64,000 bases of DNA, from positions 452,709-516,708 of the forward strand of contig CP066691.1 of assembly GCA_016432485.1 (NCBI GenBank), given 5' to 3'. Origin of the DNA: Candidatus Niyogibacteria bacterium (GTDB lineage: Bacteria > Patescibacteriota > Minisyncoccia > HO2-45-28). The notes under the pieces are model-generated. The model ran no database searches. It was not told where the DNA came from and worked only from the letters and a program-made list of their open reading frames with translations. Numbering within the stretch: the stretch's first letter is position 1; each line of letters begins with the position of its first letter. This document shows positions 19,228-29,145 of the stretch, in pieces. Position numbers and translations under genes: made by a program.

Positions 19228-20930
19228 TAAATAATTTTAAAATCCTCTATCTTTAAACGCAATTCCTCGCGGCCTTTATATTTTGATAAATCCAGAGACC
19301 CGGCAAGGTCAATTTTGTCACCCGCCTTTATTTCCGGAAGAGAGCGTGCAGAAAAAAAACCGATGGCGTTTATGATTTCGTTCTTGGAATTCTTGAAAGA
19401 GATTTCGAGATGCGTCCCGCCGTTGCCGAAAGTCCTTGCGCTAAAAATATCAAGATTTTTGAATAAAAAATTCGGCCTTGGATTTTCCTGCCCAAAGGGT
19501 TCAAACTTTGAAATAATAGCGGAAGTTTCCGCGCTGACATCACTCATCGCAAGCTCACTCTCCAGAATCAAATCCGCATACGCATTTTTATCTTTGGGCA
19601 TACTCGCAAACGCTTTTTTAATTTTATTATTAAAATCGCGGGCGTATTCTTTTTTTAAAGTAAAGCCGGCGGCCATAGGGTGCCCGCCAAAATCAAGGTA
19701 CATCTCAATGCCCGCTTCGATCAAAAGATCTCTGACATTTACGTCGCCAGCCGAACGCGCAGAGCCTTTGATGGAGACTGCGTCGCCCTTGCCCCATAAA
19801 ATGACGGTACTAGAAAGGTTTTTTGATATTCTGCTCGCGGCCGCTCCCAAAACACCCGTCTGCCAGTCATTATTTCCCGCAACGATTATTTCTGCGCAGT
19901 CGCCGCGTAAAAACATCTCCTCAACTTCTTTGGCTATACGCTCGGTGGCTGCTTTTCTTTCCACGGTAAGTTCTTCAAGGCGTCTCACAAGCCACTCGGC
20001 CTCTTCATAAGAGTTGGTCAAAATAAGATCCCCGGCCAAGGTGGCATGATCCAGCCGACCAGCGACATTGATGCGCGGCGCTAAATAAAAAGACACGTCT
20101 TCTGAATTGATGCCCGATAGATCAACCCCCGCTTTTTCCGCCAAAATTTTAAGACCCACTCTTCTTGTCTTTTTCAAAACTTCAAGGCCCCAGTAAACCA
20201 AAACCCTGTTCTCTCCCAGAAGCGGCACCATATCGGCAATTGTGCCCAGGGCCGCCAGGTCCAGAAGCCATTTTTCCCAGCCCTCAACAAGCCCGAATCT
20301 ATTTTTTTGCAAAATAGCCGAAACCGTTTTAAAAGCAAGGCCGGACGCGCAAAAATCATGGAACGGATACTTTTCCCCTTTTTGACACAAGTCGACGATC
20401 ACGTAGGCCGGGGGTAAGTCATCCGGAACAATATGATGGTCAAGCACAACTACATTCACCCCGCCTTCTTCAAGTTTTTTTATTTCTTTATTTTCGGAAA
20501 TGCCGTTATCAATGGTTATAACTAAACTTGCCCTTTTTTCAAAAATATATTTAACGGCATCATCATTTAAGCCGTGCCCGTACTTAAAAAGGTCGGGTAT
20601 AAAAATCTCTGCATTTTCGAGCCCTGCCGCTCTGAAAAAATCCGCTAAAATCGCGGATGAACATACGCCATCGGCGTCATAATCCCCGTAAATTATTATT
20701 TTTTCTTTTTTTGATACGGCTTCAATAATCCTGTTCGTTGCTTTATCCATTCCTTTTATGTCAAGCGGATTTCCGAGACTGCCATAATCGGGATTCAAAA
20801 ATTTTTCAATATCTTCTTTTGTTTCAAGGCCGCGATTATAAGCCAGCTGTAAAGTTAAATCGCCGTACTCTTTTAAATCTTCCGCCCAATCTTTAGGATA
20901 TTTTACCTTTTTGTCCCACCTTTTTTGCAT
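19227..20930 (-). CDS. recJ: ssDNA exonuclease RecJ
   Basis: YGDYDADG, DHH, GTIADMVPL.GENR, PRIN.AGR, FGGH.MAAG, EPFGQEN. Confidence 0.95.
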   Translation of the reverse strand: MQKRWDKKVKYPKDWAEDLKEYGDLTLQLAYNRGLETKEDIEKFLNPDYGSLGNPLDIKGMDKATNRIIEAVSKKEKIIIYGDYDADGVCSSAILADFFRAAGLENAEIFIPDLFKYGHGLNDDAVKYIFEKRASLVITIDNGISENKEIKKLEEGGVNVVVLDHHIVPDDLPPAYVIVDLCQKGEKYPFHDFCASGLAFKTVSAILQKNRFGLVEGWEKWLLDLAALGTIADMVPLLGENRVLVYWGLEVLKKTRRVGLKILAEKAGVDLSGINSEDVSFYLAPRINVAGRLDHATLAGDLILTNSYEEAEWLVRRLEELTVERKAATERIAKEVEEMFLRGDCAEIIVAGNNDWQTGVLGAAASRISKNLSSTVILWGKGDAVSIKGSARSAGDVNVRDLLIEAGIEMYLDFGGHPMAAGFTLKKEYARDFNNKIKKAFASMPKDKNAYADLILESELAMSDVSAETSAIISKFEPFGQENPRPNFLFKNLDIFSARTFGNGGTHLEISFKNSKNEIINAIGFFSARSLPEIKAGDKIDLAGSLDLSKYKGREELRLKIEDFKII

Positions 20931-20958
20931 CTGTATAGTATAGCACGGCGAAACAAAC

Positions 20959-22035
20959 CTATTTCTTCAACGCTTCAATCCCCGGCAAAGTTCCTCTCAC
21001 CAAAAAATCGAGCATAGCTCCGCCAGCCGTGGATATAAAGTGAAAACCTTTGCCCAAACGTCGGGACTGCAAAAAAGCGGCGGTGTCTCCTCCTCCGGCG
21101 ATTACTTTTGCTTTTGTCATGCGCAAGGCCTTGATTAAACTCAACGTTCCCGAAACATACCCCCCCTCAACAAAACCGAGAGGGCCGTTCCATAAAATAA
21201 AACGGCTTTTTGAAGCTAGCTCGGCTATTTCTTTCATACTTTTCGGCCCAAGGTCATAAATAATATCTTCTTTTTTAAGTTGTAAGGTATCGATGACGAT
21301 TTTTCTGTTTTTGCGCCTTACTGTCACATCGCGCGGCAATAAGATTTTTGATGTTTTTAATCCCCTTCCTTTGCTGTCAATAAAAGAGCGCGCAAGCGAG
21401 CCGCCGACTATTATATAATCCGCTTTTTTAAAAAATTTTTTGATCAAAGGAATTTTGGTCGCAAGCTTGTTTCCACCGACTACAAGCATAAAGGGATTAG
21501 ACGGATTAAACGCCAGCGAAAGATTTTTAATTTCCTCTTTAAAAAGCGGGCCGGCATATGACGGCAGATATTTAGGCAAACCGACAATTGAAGCGTGCCT
21601 GCGATGTGAAACAGAGAAAGCTTCGTTTATGTAGATATCCGCGAGCGAGGCCAGATTCTTGGCAAAAACCGGGCTGTTTTTTTTCTCTCCGGCATTCCAA
21701 CGCAGATTTTCAAGCATTAAAATCTGTCCCGGCTTTAAACTATTAACCTCTTTTGATGTTTTGTGGCCAACAAGCCCACTAGAAAAACGCGCATTTCTAA
21801 TTTTCCTTTTTATCTTATCAAAAACCGTTTTCATGCTCGGGTGCACGCCCCCCTTTTCCAGATGGCTTATTAATATAATCCTGGCTTTTTTGCGGATTAA
21901 AAATTTTATTGTCGGCAGAGTGTTCGCCCAACGAAGGTCATCGCCAACTTCCCTTTTGGACGGCATATTAAAGTCAACCCTCAAAAGAACTTTTTTGCCG
22001 GATAAATTTCCCGGGATCGATTTTAAATTAAACAT
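20959..22035 (-). CDS. pgk: phosphoglycerate kinase
   Basis: RVDFN, LENLR, AFS.SHR.HAS, WNGP.G, GGGDT, STAGGAML. Confidence 0.93.
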   Translation of the reverse strand: MFNLKSIPGNLSGKKVLLRVDFNMPSKREVGDDLRWANTLPTIKFLIRKKARIILISHLEKGGVHPSMKTVFDKIKRKIRNARFSSGLVGHKTSKEVNSLKPGQILMLENLRWNAGEKKNSPVFAKNLASLADIYINEAFSVSHRRHASIVGLPKYLPSYAGPLFKEEIKNLSLAFNPSNPFMLVVGGNKLATKIPLIKKFFKKADYIIVGGSLARSFIDSKGRGLKTSKILLPRDVTVRRKNRKIVIDTLQLKKEDIIYDLGPKSMKEIAELASKSRFILWNGPLGFVEGGYVSGTLSLIKALRMTKAKVIAGGGDTAAFLQSRRLGKGFHFISTAGGAMLDFLVRGTLPGIEALKK

Positions 22036-22747
22036 TGATTGATTTCACGATGTCTATAAACTCTTTAGACAAAAGGCTGGCTCCGCCGACCAAAAGACCG
22101 CCCACACCTCTCGCGCGCAAAAATGCTTCGGCATTTTTGCGGTCAACAGAACCGCCGTATAAAATCGGCGTCTCATAAGCCGCTTTTTTGCCTAAAATAT
22201 CAAAAATATTTCTGCGGATGTAAGTTGCCATTTCAAAAATATCGTCCGGTTCGGCCGCGTTTCCCGTGCCGATGGCCCAAAGCGGTTCGTAAGCGATAAT
22301 TAAATTCTTGGCAAAGCGTTGGGAAACGCCCTCAAGGTCCGAGCGCAATTCATCTTTTACGAAATTCAGAACAGTTTTTAATCCGGCCGAAAGCGCCGCC
22401 TTCACCTTTCTGTTTATCATCTCGTCGGTTTCGCCCAAAAACTCGCGTCTTTCGGAATGTCCGACTATAACATAACTCACTCCGACATTTTTAAGCATTT
22501 TGGGAGAGATTTCGCCGGTATAAGCTCCCTCATCTTTCCAAAAAACATCCTGCGCCGCCAAATCCAGGCCGCCTATCTTTTGAAGGGCGGGCAGAAAAAC
22601 AAAAGGAGGCGCTACAACCACTTTTGACTTTCGACTTTTTTTTACTCCCAAAACAATTTTCTTAAATAAACTGGCGGCTTGTTCTGAATTCTGCGGATTC
22701 ATTTTCCAATTGGCAATTATTATTTTTTTTGTGTTATATTTTTTCAT
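22028..22747 (-). CDS. tpiA: triosephosphate isomerase with an apparent internal in-frame deletion
   Basis: ANWKMN, GAYTGEIS, GHSERR, AYEP.WAIGTG, YGGSV, LVGGASL; the CVGE segment is absent. Confidence 0.9.
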   Translation of the reverse strand: MKKYNTKKIIIANWKMNPQNSEQAASLFKKIVLGVKKSRKSKVVVAPPFVFLPALQKIGGLDLAAQDVFWKDEGAYTGEISPKMLKNVGVSYVIVGHSERREFLGETDEMINRKVKAALSAGLKTVLNFVKDELRSDLEGVSQRFAKNLIIAYEPLWAIGTGNAAEPDDIFEMATYIRRNIFDILGKKAAYETPILYGGSVDRKNAEAFLRARGVGGLLVGGASLLSKEFIDIVKSINV

Positions 22748-22834
22748 ATATTAGGATTCATTTTCTCCCGATTTTGTTCAAATTTTTAATTTGAATACAA
22801 AATCGAGGACCCCGTTAATTTAAAATAAAAGATT

Positions 22835-23314
22835 TTAGATTTTATTAAAAATTGTTAAACCAAAAAGAGAAGCCCCTAATACCAGCGCGGCCGCGGTCAA
22901 AACGCCCAAAAAAATAATGAACGATGCCTTGGGCCACGGAACGCCGAAAATAAAAGAGGCCACGACTCCGCTCCACGCTCCGGTTAAAGGCAAAGGAATG
23001 GCCACGAAAATAAAAAGAGCGAGGGGCGTCCAACGCCAGTAATGAAAATGGTCGGCGTGTCTGGCCCTAGTATACTCAAAAATCCAGGACAAAAATCTGT
23101 TCACGAAATAAAAACGGCGCATTAAGAATTCGGAAAAATAATTAAGAAAAAAGATAAGCGGGATAATCGGCAATAAATTTCCCAGAACGCTCAAGAAAAA
23201 GGCCTTTAGGGGGCTCATCCCGAATAAAAGAATGCCGAGCGGTATCGCTCCCCTTACTTCGGATATGGGAGCGGCCCCGGAAAGTAAAACGATTAATTCT
23301 TGCTGGTAGGGCAT
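22835..23314 (-). CDS. putative small multidrug export membrane protein (COG2426-like)
   Basis: P.SE.RGAIP, FVAIPLP.TGAW.G. Confidence 0.8.
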   Translation of the reverse strand: MPYQQELIVLLSGAAPISEVRGAIPLGILLFGMSPLKAFFLSVLGNLLPIIPLIFFLNYFSEFLMRRFYFVNRFLSWIFEYTRARHADHFHYWRWTPLALFIFVAIPLPLTGAWSGVVASFIFGVPWPKASFIIFLGVLTAAALVLGASLFGLTIFNKI

Positions 23315-23322
23315 AATGCGGT

Positions 23323-24426
23323 TCAGGAATTCTTTAAGTCCCGGGCCGCTTCTTCGGGAGAAACGGCCACCACCTCAACACCCGTCCCCAACTCAAGGCC
23401 GGCCCATATAGAAGTTTTGGGCAGTATTTCAATATGCCAATGATAATAACTTCTGCCGTCTTTGGCCGGAGCGGTGTGTATAAAAAAATTGTAGTCGGGA
23501 TCGTTCATGGCTTTTTTTATTTTTTTAAGGGAGGCAATCATGGCATCGGCCAGCGCCATTCTCTCCTTCGCTTTCAAATCCTCAAAATTTCCGGCGTGCC
23601 TCTTTGGAAAAATCCTGGTCTCATAAGATACGCGCGAGGCGAACGGCGCCAAAACCGTAAAATAATTATTTTCGTAAATCACGCGCGTTCGTTTTTTGCG
23701 TTCCCACTCAAGCATGGCGCAATGAACGCATTTTTTATGGCGCTCAAAATAAATTCTGGAACCCTCCAAGCTCTTCGCGACATCCGGCGGTATAATGGGC
23801 AAAGCAATGAGTTGAGAGTGGGGATGAAAAATAGTGGCGCCCGCTCCCGGCCCCTGATTATGAAATATCAAAATATATTCAATGCATTCCTCGCGGGCTA
23901 GAGTCCGCCAGCGTTCCTGATAAGCGTAAATTAAAATCTCGACTTCTTTGGAAGTCATTTCCGATATTCTTCGGAGGTGGTCGCGGGTAATTATAACCTC
24001 GTGAAATCCTACCCCTTTCATTTTCGCGTACGGACCGTCGGACGTTATCGTCGGACAAATTTTATGCTGTTCAAGAGCCGGATATTTATTTTGTATAATC
24101 TGAACCCACCAGTTATCAAATGAGCTTTCGGCTTTTAGTCCCGACTCAGTCGAGGATCCTCGATGGCTTTGCCATCGGGACTTATAGCTTTTAGTCGGGT
24201 GAGGCAGCCACAATAAAGGAGGGGGCGTGCCTCTTTTCTGCGGGTCGTCAAACGGACAATTTTTTTTTGACGAACTAAGACGCCTTCTTTTTGACGCTTT
24301 GGTTTGAGGCCTTTTGGCGCGCTTGGCGGCTACCAATATCCAGTCGCCGGAAACCAAATCCCGCCTGAATTCCGAGCCGTCAATATTTTCTATTTTTCCC
24401 GTCATAATATATACCTGTTTCTCCAA
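23323..24426 (-). CDS. galT: galactose-1-phosphate uridylyltransferase (HIT superfamily) with a palindrome-derived insertion
   Basis: R.KRP, CPFD, NKYPAL, HEVII, HPHSQ, YHWHIEI; likely start MTGK. Confidence 0.88.
   Translation of the reverse strand: MEKQVYIMTGKIENIDGSEFRRDLVSGDWILVAAKRAKRPQTKASKRRRLSSSKKNCPFDDPQKRGTPPPLLWLPHPTKSYKSRWQSHRGSSTESGLKAESSFDNWWVQIIQNKYPALEQHKICPTITSDGPYAKMKGVGFHEVIITRDHLRRISEMTSKEVEILIYAYQERWRTLAREECIEYILIFHNQGPGAGATIFHPHSQLIALPIIPPDVAKSLEGSRIYFERHKKCVHCAMLEWERKKRTRVIYENNYFTVLAPFASRVSYETRIFPKRHAGNFEDLKAKERMALADAMIASLKKIKKAMNDPDYNFFIHTAPAKDGRSYYHWHIEILPKTSIWAGLELGTGVEVVAVSPEEAARDLKNS
24138..24181. repeat. double-hairpin palindromic insert within galT
   Basis: GTCCCGA...TCGGGAC enclosing CGACTCAGTCG and CGATGGCTTTGCCATCG hairpins, flanked by GCTTTTA heptamers. 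Confidence 0.75.
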
Positions 24427-25139
24427 AAATTAAAACGGATTTTTAAAGTATCGCGCAAGACCTGCAGATATCCTGAAAGTTTAACATGGCTCCTGGGATC
24501 GTTAATCCAATAAGCCGGGATAATGCCGATTTTGTAGCCAAGCGCTTTAGCCAAAGCCAGTGTCTCAATATCAAATCCCCAGCCCGGTACGCGCTGCTGG
24601 GAAAAAATCTTTTCGGCAGCAAAGTCACGGAAGGCCTTAAAACCGCATTGGGTATCCCACACTCCGCGAATTGCCACCCATTGAATAAATAAATTTCCCA
24701 AGGTGCCCATCAAACGTTTATACCATACTTGCGCCACCGCTTGCCTCGCGCCAGGGGCGTCTTTGGAATCGCGCGAACATATCACCACTTCATAACCCTG
24801 GTCAAAAAACGGGCGCATCTTATCAAAATGGCTTATGTCCGTGGAGTTATCGGCGTCGGTAAAAAGCCGTATCCGCCCCTTGGCCGCGAGCATCCCCACT
24901 TTAACCCCCTCTCCCTTGCCCTTGTTTTTCTGACTGATTATTTTTAGATTCGTTATCTCCGGAATTTTTTGCCTGACGATTTCGGCGGTTTTATCGGGAG
25001 AAGCGGCATCAGAAACGATTATTTCGGATTTAAACGGCTGACGCGCGAGATAAGCTCCGATAATATCAATCGTTTTGCCGATTCTCTTTTCTTCATTATA
25101 AGCCGGAATTATAACTGATAGGTAAACATCCTCATTCAT
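24402..25139 (-). CDS. GT2 glycosyltransferase (dolichyl-phosphate beta-glucosyltransferase-like)
   Basis: SVIIPAYNE, GKG, FTDAD, DTQCGFK, FDIE. Confidence 0.88.
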   Translation of the reverse strand: MNEDVYLSVIIPAYNEEKRIGKTIDIIGAYLARQPFKSEIIVSDAASPDKTAEIVRQKIPEITNLKIISQKNKGKGEGVKVGMLAAKGRIRLFTDADNSTDISHFDKMRPFFDQGYEVVICSRDSKDAPGARQAVAQVWYKRLMGTLGNLFIQWVAIRGVWDTQCGFKAFRDFAAEKIFSQQRVPGWGFDIETLALAKALGYKIGIIPAYWINDPRSHVKLSGYLQVLRDTLKIRFNFWRNRYIL

Positions 25140-25151
25140 ATCTCCATTCTA

Positions 25152-25553
25152 TCACAAATCCTTATCTCGCCGCCTGTCTAAAAATGTCTGTAAAATCAGG
25201 GCGGCGGATGAAGCGTCAATCTTATGCTCCGGCGCGGATCCTTCGGTTCTAATTTGAGCCGAACTATAAACTTCGTTTTCAAAATGAATCGGCACGCTAA
25301 AAACTTCTTTTAATTTTTCCGCGAATTTGCGGACATCGCCCGAAAGCGGAGTTTCTTCGCCATTGAGTCCCACGGGCAAACCAATGACGATTTCGGAAAC
25401 ATTTTCTTTCAAAATAAAATCGCGAATTGAATCGCGCGCGTAATCCCAGACATTCGGCTGAACGGTCTTAGGAAAAGCGATTTTTTGACTTTCGTCCGAA
25501 AGAGCAAAACCGATTTTTTTAGTGCCATAGTCAATTCCCAAAATCCTAGCCAT
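25152..25553 (-). CDS. ruvX: YqgF/RuvX nuclease
   Basis: LGIDYGTKKIGFALSD, VIGLP, E..SS, D..SAALILQ. Confidence 0.92.
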   Translation of the reverse strand: MARILGIDYGTKKIGFALSDESQKIAFPKTVQPNVWDYARDSIRDFILKENVSEIVIGLPVGLNGEETPLSGDVRKFAEKLKEVFSVPIHFENEVYSSAQIRTEGSAPEHKIDASSAALILQTFLDRRRDKDL

Positions 25554-25696
25554 TTACCTATTTTATAAGAATTTAAAATATTATCCATTCAAAATGATAA
25601 CTCAATAACAAAAAGTATATCGCCTTATCAAAAAAGTTGGCCTGCCACGCAACTGCGCGGCAGGCCAAGAACCAAGGGGTCGAAGCCCCACAAGCC

Positions 25697-26347
25697 CTAC
25701 TTTCCGGAAACAACCCGAGAGCAGGTAAACCACCCACCCGGGCTCCCAACCGAGAGGGCCTCGACGCGCCAGCAGCCGTCGACATCGTACCGATTCGCGC
25801 CCACGACACAGAGTTTTCCACCATACCCTCGGATGTAGGCGAAATGCCAGCCTCTACGACCCTTAAGGCACTTCAGGAAGTGAAACAGACAAATCTCGTT
25901 CTTGTCTCCGAGCTCCTTTAGAATCGGCCCGTCCACCGATGCCTTCTTGAGCTCGTGGACATTGAGCTCTGCCCGGGGAATGCCCTCCTCAACCTTGCCC
26001 CTGAACAGGCGGTCAAAGCTGGACTCGGCGTAGGCATCTGCCTCTTCGAGGGCCCGGTCGTCAACCACGAACCTGTCGTCGGCGCCCTCCACTGCGACCG
26101 ACTCCACGAACTTGAGGAGGTCGGATTCGTGTGGAATGAGACCGCGAAGGAATTCCTGAAGACCAACCGGGTCATCAATCCACCTCTGCCTGTCGGCTCT
26201 CCCCATACTCGGAAGGTTTTCTGCGATTCGAGCAATGAGCTTGGCAACCTGCTTCTCTACATTCATGGCGGTTTTTCCTCCTTGGGGTTTTCGCCATTTT
26301 TGTTTTGTTAGAGGGCCATCCCAATGACAGCCATAGCCAGAAAACAC
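25697..26347 (-). CDS. hypothetical protein, possible DGR-type variable protein; likely start MNVEK (about 26266)
   Basis: GC-rich gene; GAGG SD before MNVEK; C-terminal W.V.A.SV..P..W....RV.S pattern. Confidence 0.6.
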   Translation of the reverse strand: MFSGYGCHWDGPLTKQKWRKPQGGKTAMNVEKQVAKLIARIAENLPSMGRADRQRWIDDPVGLQEFLRGLIPHESDLLKFVESVAVEGADDRFVVDDRALEEADAYAESSFDRLFRGKVEEGIPRAELNVHELKKASVDGPILKELGDKNEICLFHFLKCLKGRRGWHFAYIRGYGGKLCVVGANRYDVDGCWRVEALSVGSPGGWFTCSRVVSGK

Positions 26348-26429
26348 CGAAGAATCGGGACCTTTTGGCTATAGCCGCCAAATTGCAAGTAGCAATATAA
26401 AAGAGCTGTTATTTTTTAAGCATAGCAAA

Positions 26430-27197
26430 TTATTTATCATTTGTCAACACCTCACAGCCGCCGCGCTTTACCAAAACCGTATGCTCAAAATGAGCCGCGC
26501 GAGAGCCATCTAAAGTGCGGTAAGTCCAGCCGTTTTTATCCGTAATAATTTTGGCTTCCCCTTCCGCAATCATTGGCTCAATGGCCAGCACCATTCCGTC
26601 TTTTAATTTTTCGCCGGCGCCGGCTTTACCCCAATTAGGAATATGCGGCGGTTCGTGAACCGCCCTGCCCACTCCGTGCCCCACCAATTCCCTAAAAACA
26701 TTAAAGCCGTTTTTTTTAACGAAGAATTCAACCGCGTGGCCGATATCTCCGATGGCTATACCCGCTTTGCATTTTTTAATCGCGGCATCAAGAGCTTGCC
26801 GGCAAACTGATATCAGACGATTTGAACGGCCGTCCGGATCGTATGACCCGCATAAAACCGTTCTGGCGCCGTCAGTAAAAAATCCTTTGTAATTTACGCC
26901 CAAATCCAAAGTTACGACATCGCCCTCACGCAAAATTTTTTTACCCGGAATGCCGTGCACCACCTCATCATTTATTGAAACGCAAATTGAAGAGGGATAC
27001 GGCCGTTCTCCGCCTTCGCCATAACCCTTAAACGATGGAACGGCTCCGGCTTTTATAATTTCACTCTCGGCAATAGCATCAAGTTTCAAGGTTTCAATGC
27101 CGGGCACAATTTCTCGCGCGACACGCGCCAAAACGCGGGCAAGTATTTGCCCGCTTATCCTTAACATTTCTATTTCTTTTTTTGATTTTGCGATCAT
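26430..27197 (-). CDS. map: methionine aminopeptidase type I
   Basis: SINDEVVHGIP, GHGVG..HE.P, AIEPM, AHFEHT. Confidence 0.96.
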   Translation of the reverse strand: MIAKSKKEIEMLRISGQILARVLARVAREIVPGIETLKLDAIAESEIIKAGAVPSFKGYGEGGERPYPSSICVSINDEVVHGIPGKKILREGDVVTLDLGVNYKGFFTDGARTVLCGSYDPDGRSNRLISVCRQALDAAIKKCKAGIAIGDIGHAVEFFVKKNGFNVFRELVGHGVGRAVHEPPHIPNWGKAGAGEKLKDGMVLAIEPMIAEGEAKIITDKNGWTYRTLDGSRAAHFEHTVLVKRGGCEVLTNDK

Positions 27198-27832
27198 TTA
27201 TTTTCAAACCCCAGCGCCTTCAAAATGTTTTGATGGATTTTTTGCGGATCGCGGGAGTTGCCATCGATCTCAATAAGACGATTCAAACTTTTGGTGCGAT
27301 AATATTCTACTGCCGGACCAACATGAACTTCAAAAAAATCCAGCCGATTATTTATTACTTCATCAGTATCATCCGCGCGGCCCCGTTCTTTTAGCCGACG
27401 AAAGGCCTCGTCTCGCTCCACCTTCAAAAAAATAGGATAATAAGGGCTGATACCCAAAAAATCCACAAGATCATCCATAACCCGAGCTTCTATTTCGGTC
27501 CTTGGAGAGCTAGAAAAAAGCAGATGTTCCTTGCCGGTAAAATGTTCAATAATCTCGTGTGTCCAGGACCAAATTGCCAAGAAATCCGGAGCTTTGGCGC
27601 CGACGCGCATTACCTTTTCATCGGTGAGTTTTGAAAGATACAGTCCCCGCTTTATCATATTTCGCAGAACCTCTCCTGTATAAACATAAAGCACCGAACC
27701 CAAACCATGTTTTTTCTCTAAAAATTCCTTCAAAAGAACAACCTGTGTATCTTTTCCCGAGCCGGACAATCCCATAAAAACCGCGACAACTATTCGTGAT
27801 TTCATTGTGCCTCTTTCAAAATCTAATCCCAT
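27194..27832 (-). CDS. adk: adenylate kinase family NMP kinase; likely start MKSR
   Basis: GLSGSGKDTQ P-loop, RGRADD; located after secY. Confidence 0.8.
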   Translation of the reverse strand: MGLDFERGTMKSRIVVAVFMGLSGSGKDTQVVLLKEFLEKKHGLGSVLYVYTGEVLRNMIKRGLYLSKLTDEKVMRVGAKAPDFLAIWSWTHEIIEHFTGKEHLLFSSSPRTEIEARVMDDLVDFLGISPYYPIFLKVERDEAFRRLKERGRADDTDEVINNRLDFFEVHVGPAVEYYRTKSLNRLIEIDGNSRDPQKIHQNILKALGFENK

Positions 27833-27876
27833 TTAAATTCAAGATAACACTTGCCGCGTTTAAACGCAACCCAATA

Positions 27877-29142
27877 TCACTCGTAACTTCTCATAACAAT
27901 CTGCGCCTCAACTTGTTTAATGGTTTCAAGAACAACAGAAACCACAATCAAAAGAGCGGTGCCGCCGATAGTCAGCGTCACGAGGCCGGTAATAGCGCGC
28001 ATGGCGAGCGGCAAAACCGCGATCGCGCCCAAAAACAAAGCGCCTATTAAAGTAATGCGGTTTAAAATCTTGTATAAAAATTCCGAGGTCGGGCGTCCGG
28101 GTCTTATTCCGGGCACGAACGCTCCCGATTTCTGGAGGTTGCCGGATATGGCGTCCGGGTCAAAAGTTACGGCCGTGTAAAAATAAGTGAAAAGAAAAAC
28201 CAAAAGAAAATAAAGGCCGGCGTAAACCCACGGATTATTCAAAAAATTTAAAAGCGCGGAACTTATTACTCTAAGAGTATTATTATCAATACTGGACATA
28301 AAATTAACTATCATCTGAGGAAAAAGGAGGATAGATAGGGCAAAAATTATCGGTATGACTCCGGCCTGATTCACCCTTAAAGGCAGGTAGGTGGATATTC
28401 CGCCGTACATCTTGGAACCGCGGATACGGCGGGCATAAGATATCGGCACCGGCCTCTGGCCTTCGGTTATGATTACCACAGCGGCAATAATTAAAACCGC
28501 GGCAACCACGAATCCAAAAATAACGGGCAGTTGATAAATATCGGAGGCAAAAATAGTCCGGCTCAAAGACTGCGGCACACCGGATATGATACCCGCGAAA
28601 ATAAGAATAGAAACCCCGTTTCCAAAACCGTATTCCGATATGAGCTCCCCCAACCACATCAAAAGAACGGACCCCGCAGTCACAATTATTATATTTGTTA
28701 CTTCACCAAAAAGAGAAAGCTCGCCTAAAACGCCTTGTCGGGATAAAAGTGTTAAAAGCCCGAAACCCTGCAAAGCAGCCAAAGGGGCGGCGGCCAGACG
28801 CGAATATTGATTAAATTTCTTTCGGCCGGCCTCGCCTTCTTCCTGATACATCTCTTTAAATCGGGGAATCATCATTGTTAAAAGCTGCATTATAATTGAA
28901 GCAGTAATATAGGGACCGACTCCGAGCATCATTACCGAAAGATTATCCATAGCTCCGCCCGAAAAAATATTCAGCAAGCCGAAAAATTGATTACCGCCGA
29001 AAAACGCCGCAAGCCTTTCGTGATCCACGCCCGGAATTGGAATGGCGGCCCCCAGCCTGAAAACGATAAGAATCGCCAAAACAAAAAGTATTTTTTTCCT
29101 TAAATCCGGGTCGGTAAAAATTAATTTTATTTTTTGCCACAT
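27877..29142 (-). CDS. secY: preprotein translocase SecY
   Basis: LGVGPYITASIIMQLL, AGVIPIIFA, PGIRPG, GGTALLIVV. Confidence 0.98.
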   Translation of the reverse strand: MWQKIKLIFTDPDLRKKILFVLAILIVFRLGAAIPIPGVDHERLAAFFGGNQFFGLLNIFSGGAMDNLSVMMLGVGPYITASIIMQLLTMMIPRFKEMYQEEGEAGRKKFNQYSRLAAAPLAALQGFGLLTLLSRQGVLGELSLFGEVTNIIIVTAGSVLLMWLGELISEYGFGNGVSILIFAGIISGVPQSLSRTIFASDIYQLPVIFGFVVAAVLIIAAVVIITEGQRPVPISYARRIRGSKMYGGISTYLPLRVNQAGVIPIIFALSILLFPQMIVNFMSSIDNNTLRVISSALLNFLNNPWVYAGLYFLLVFLFTYFYTAVTFDPDAISGNLQKSGAFVPGIRPGRPTSEFLYKILNRITLIGALFLGAIAVLPLAMRAITGLVTLTIGGTALLIVVSVVLETIKQVEAQIVMRSYE

Positions 29143-29145
29143 AAA

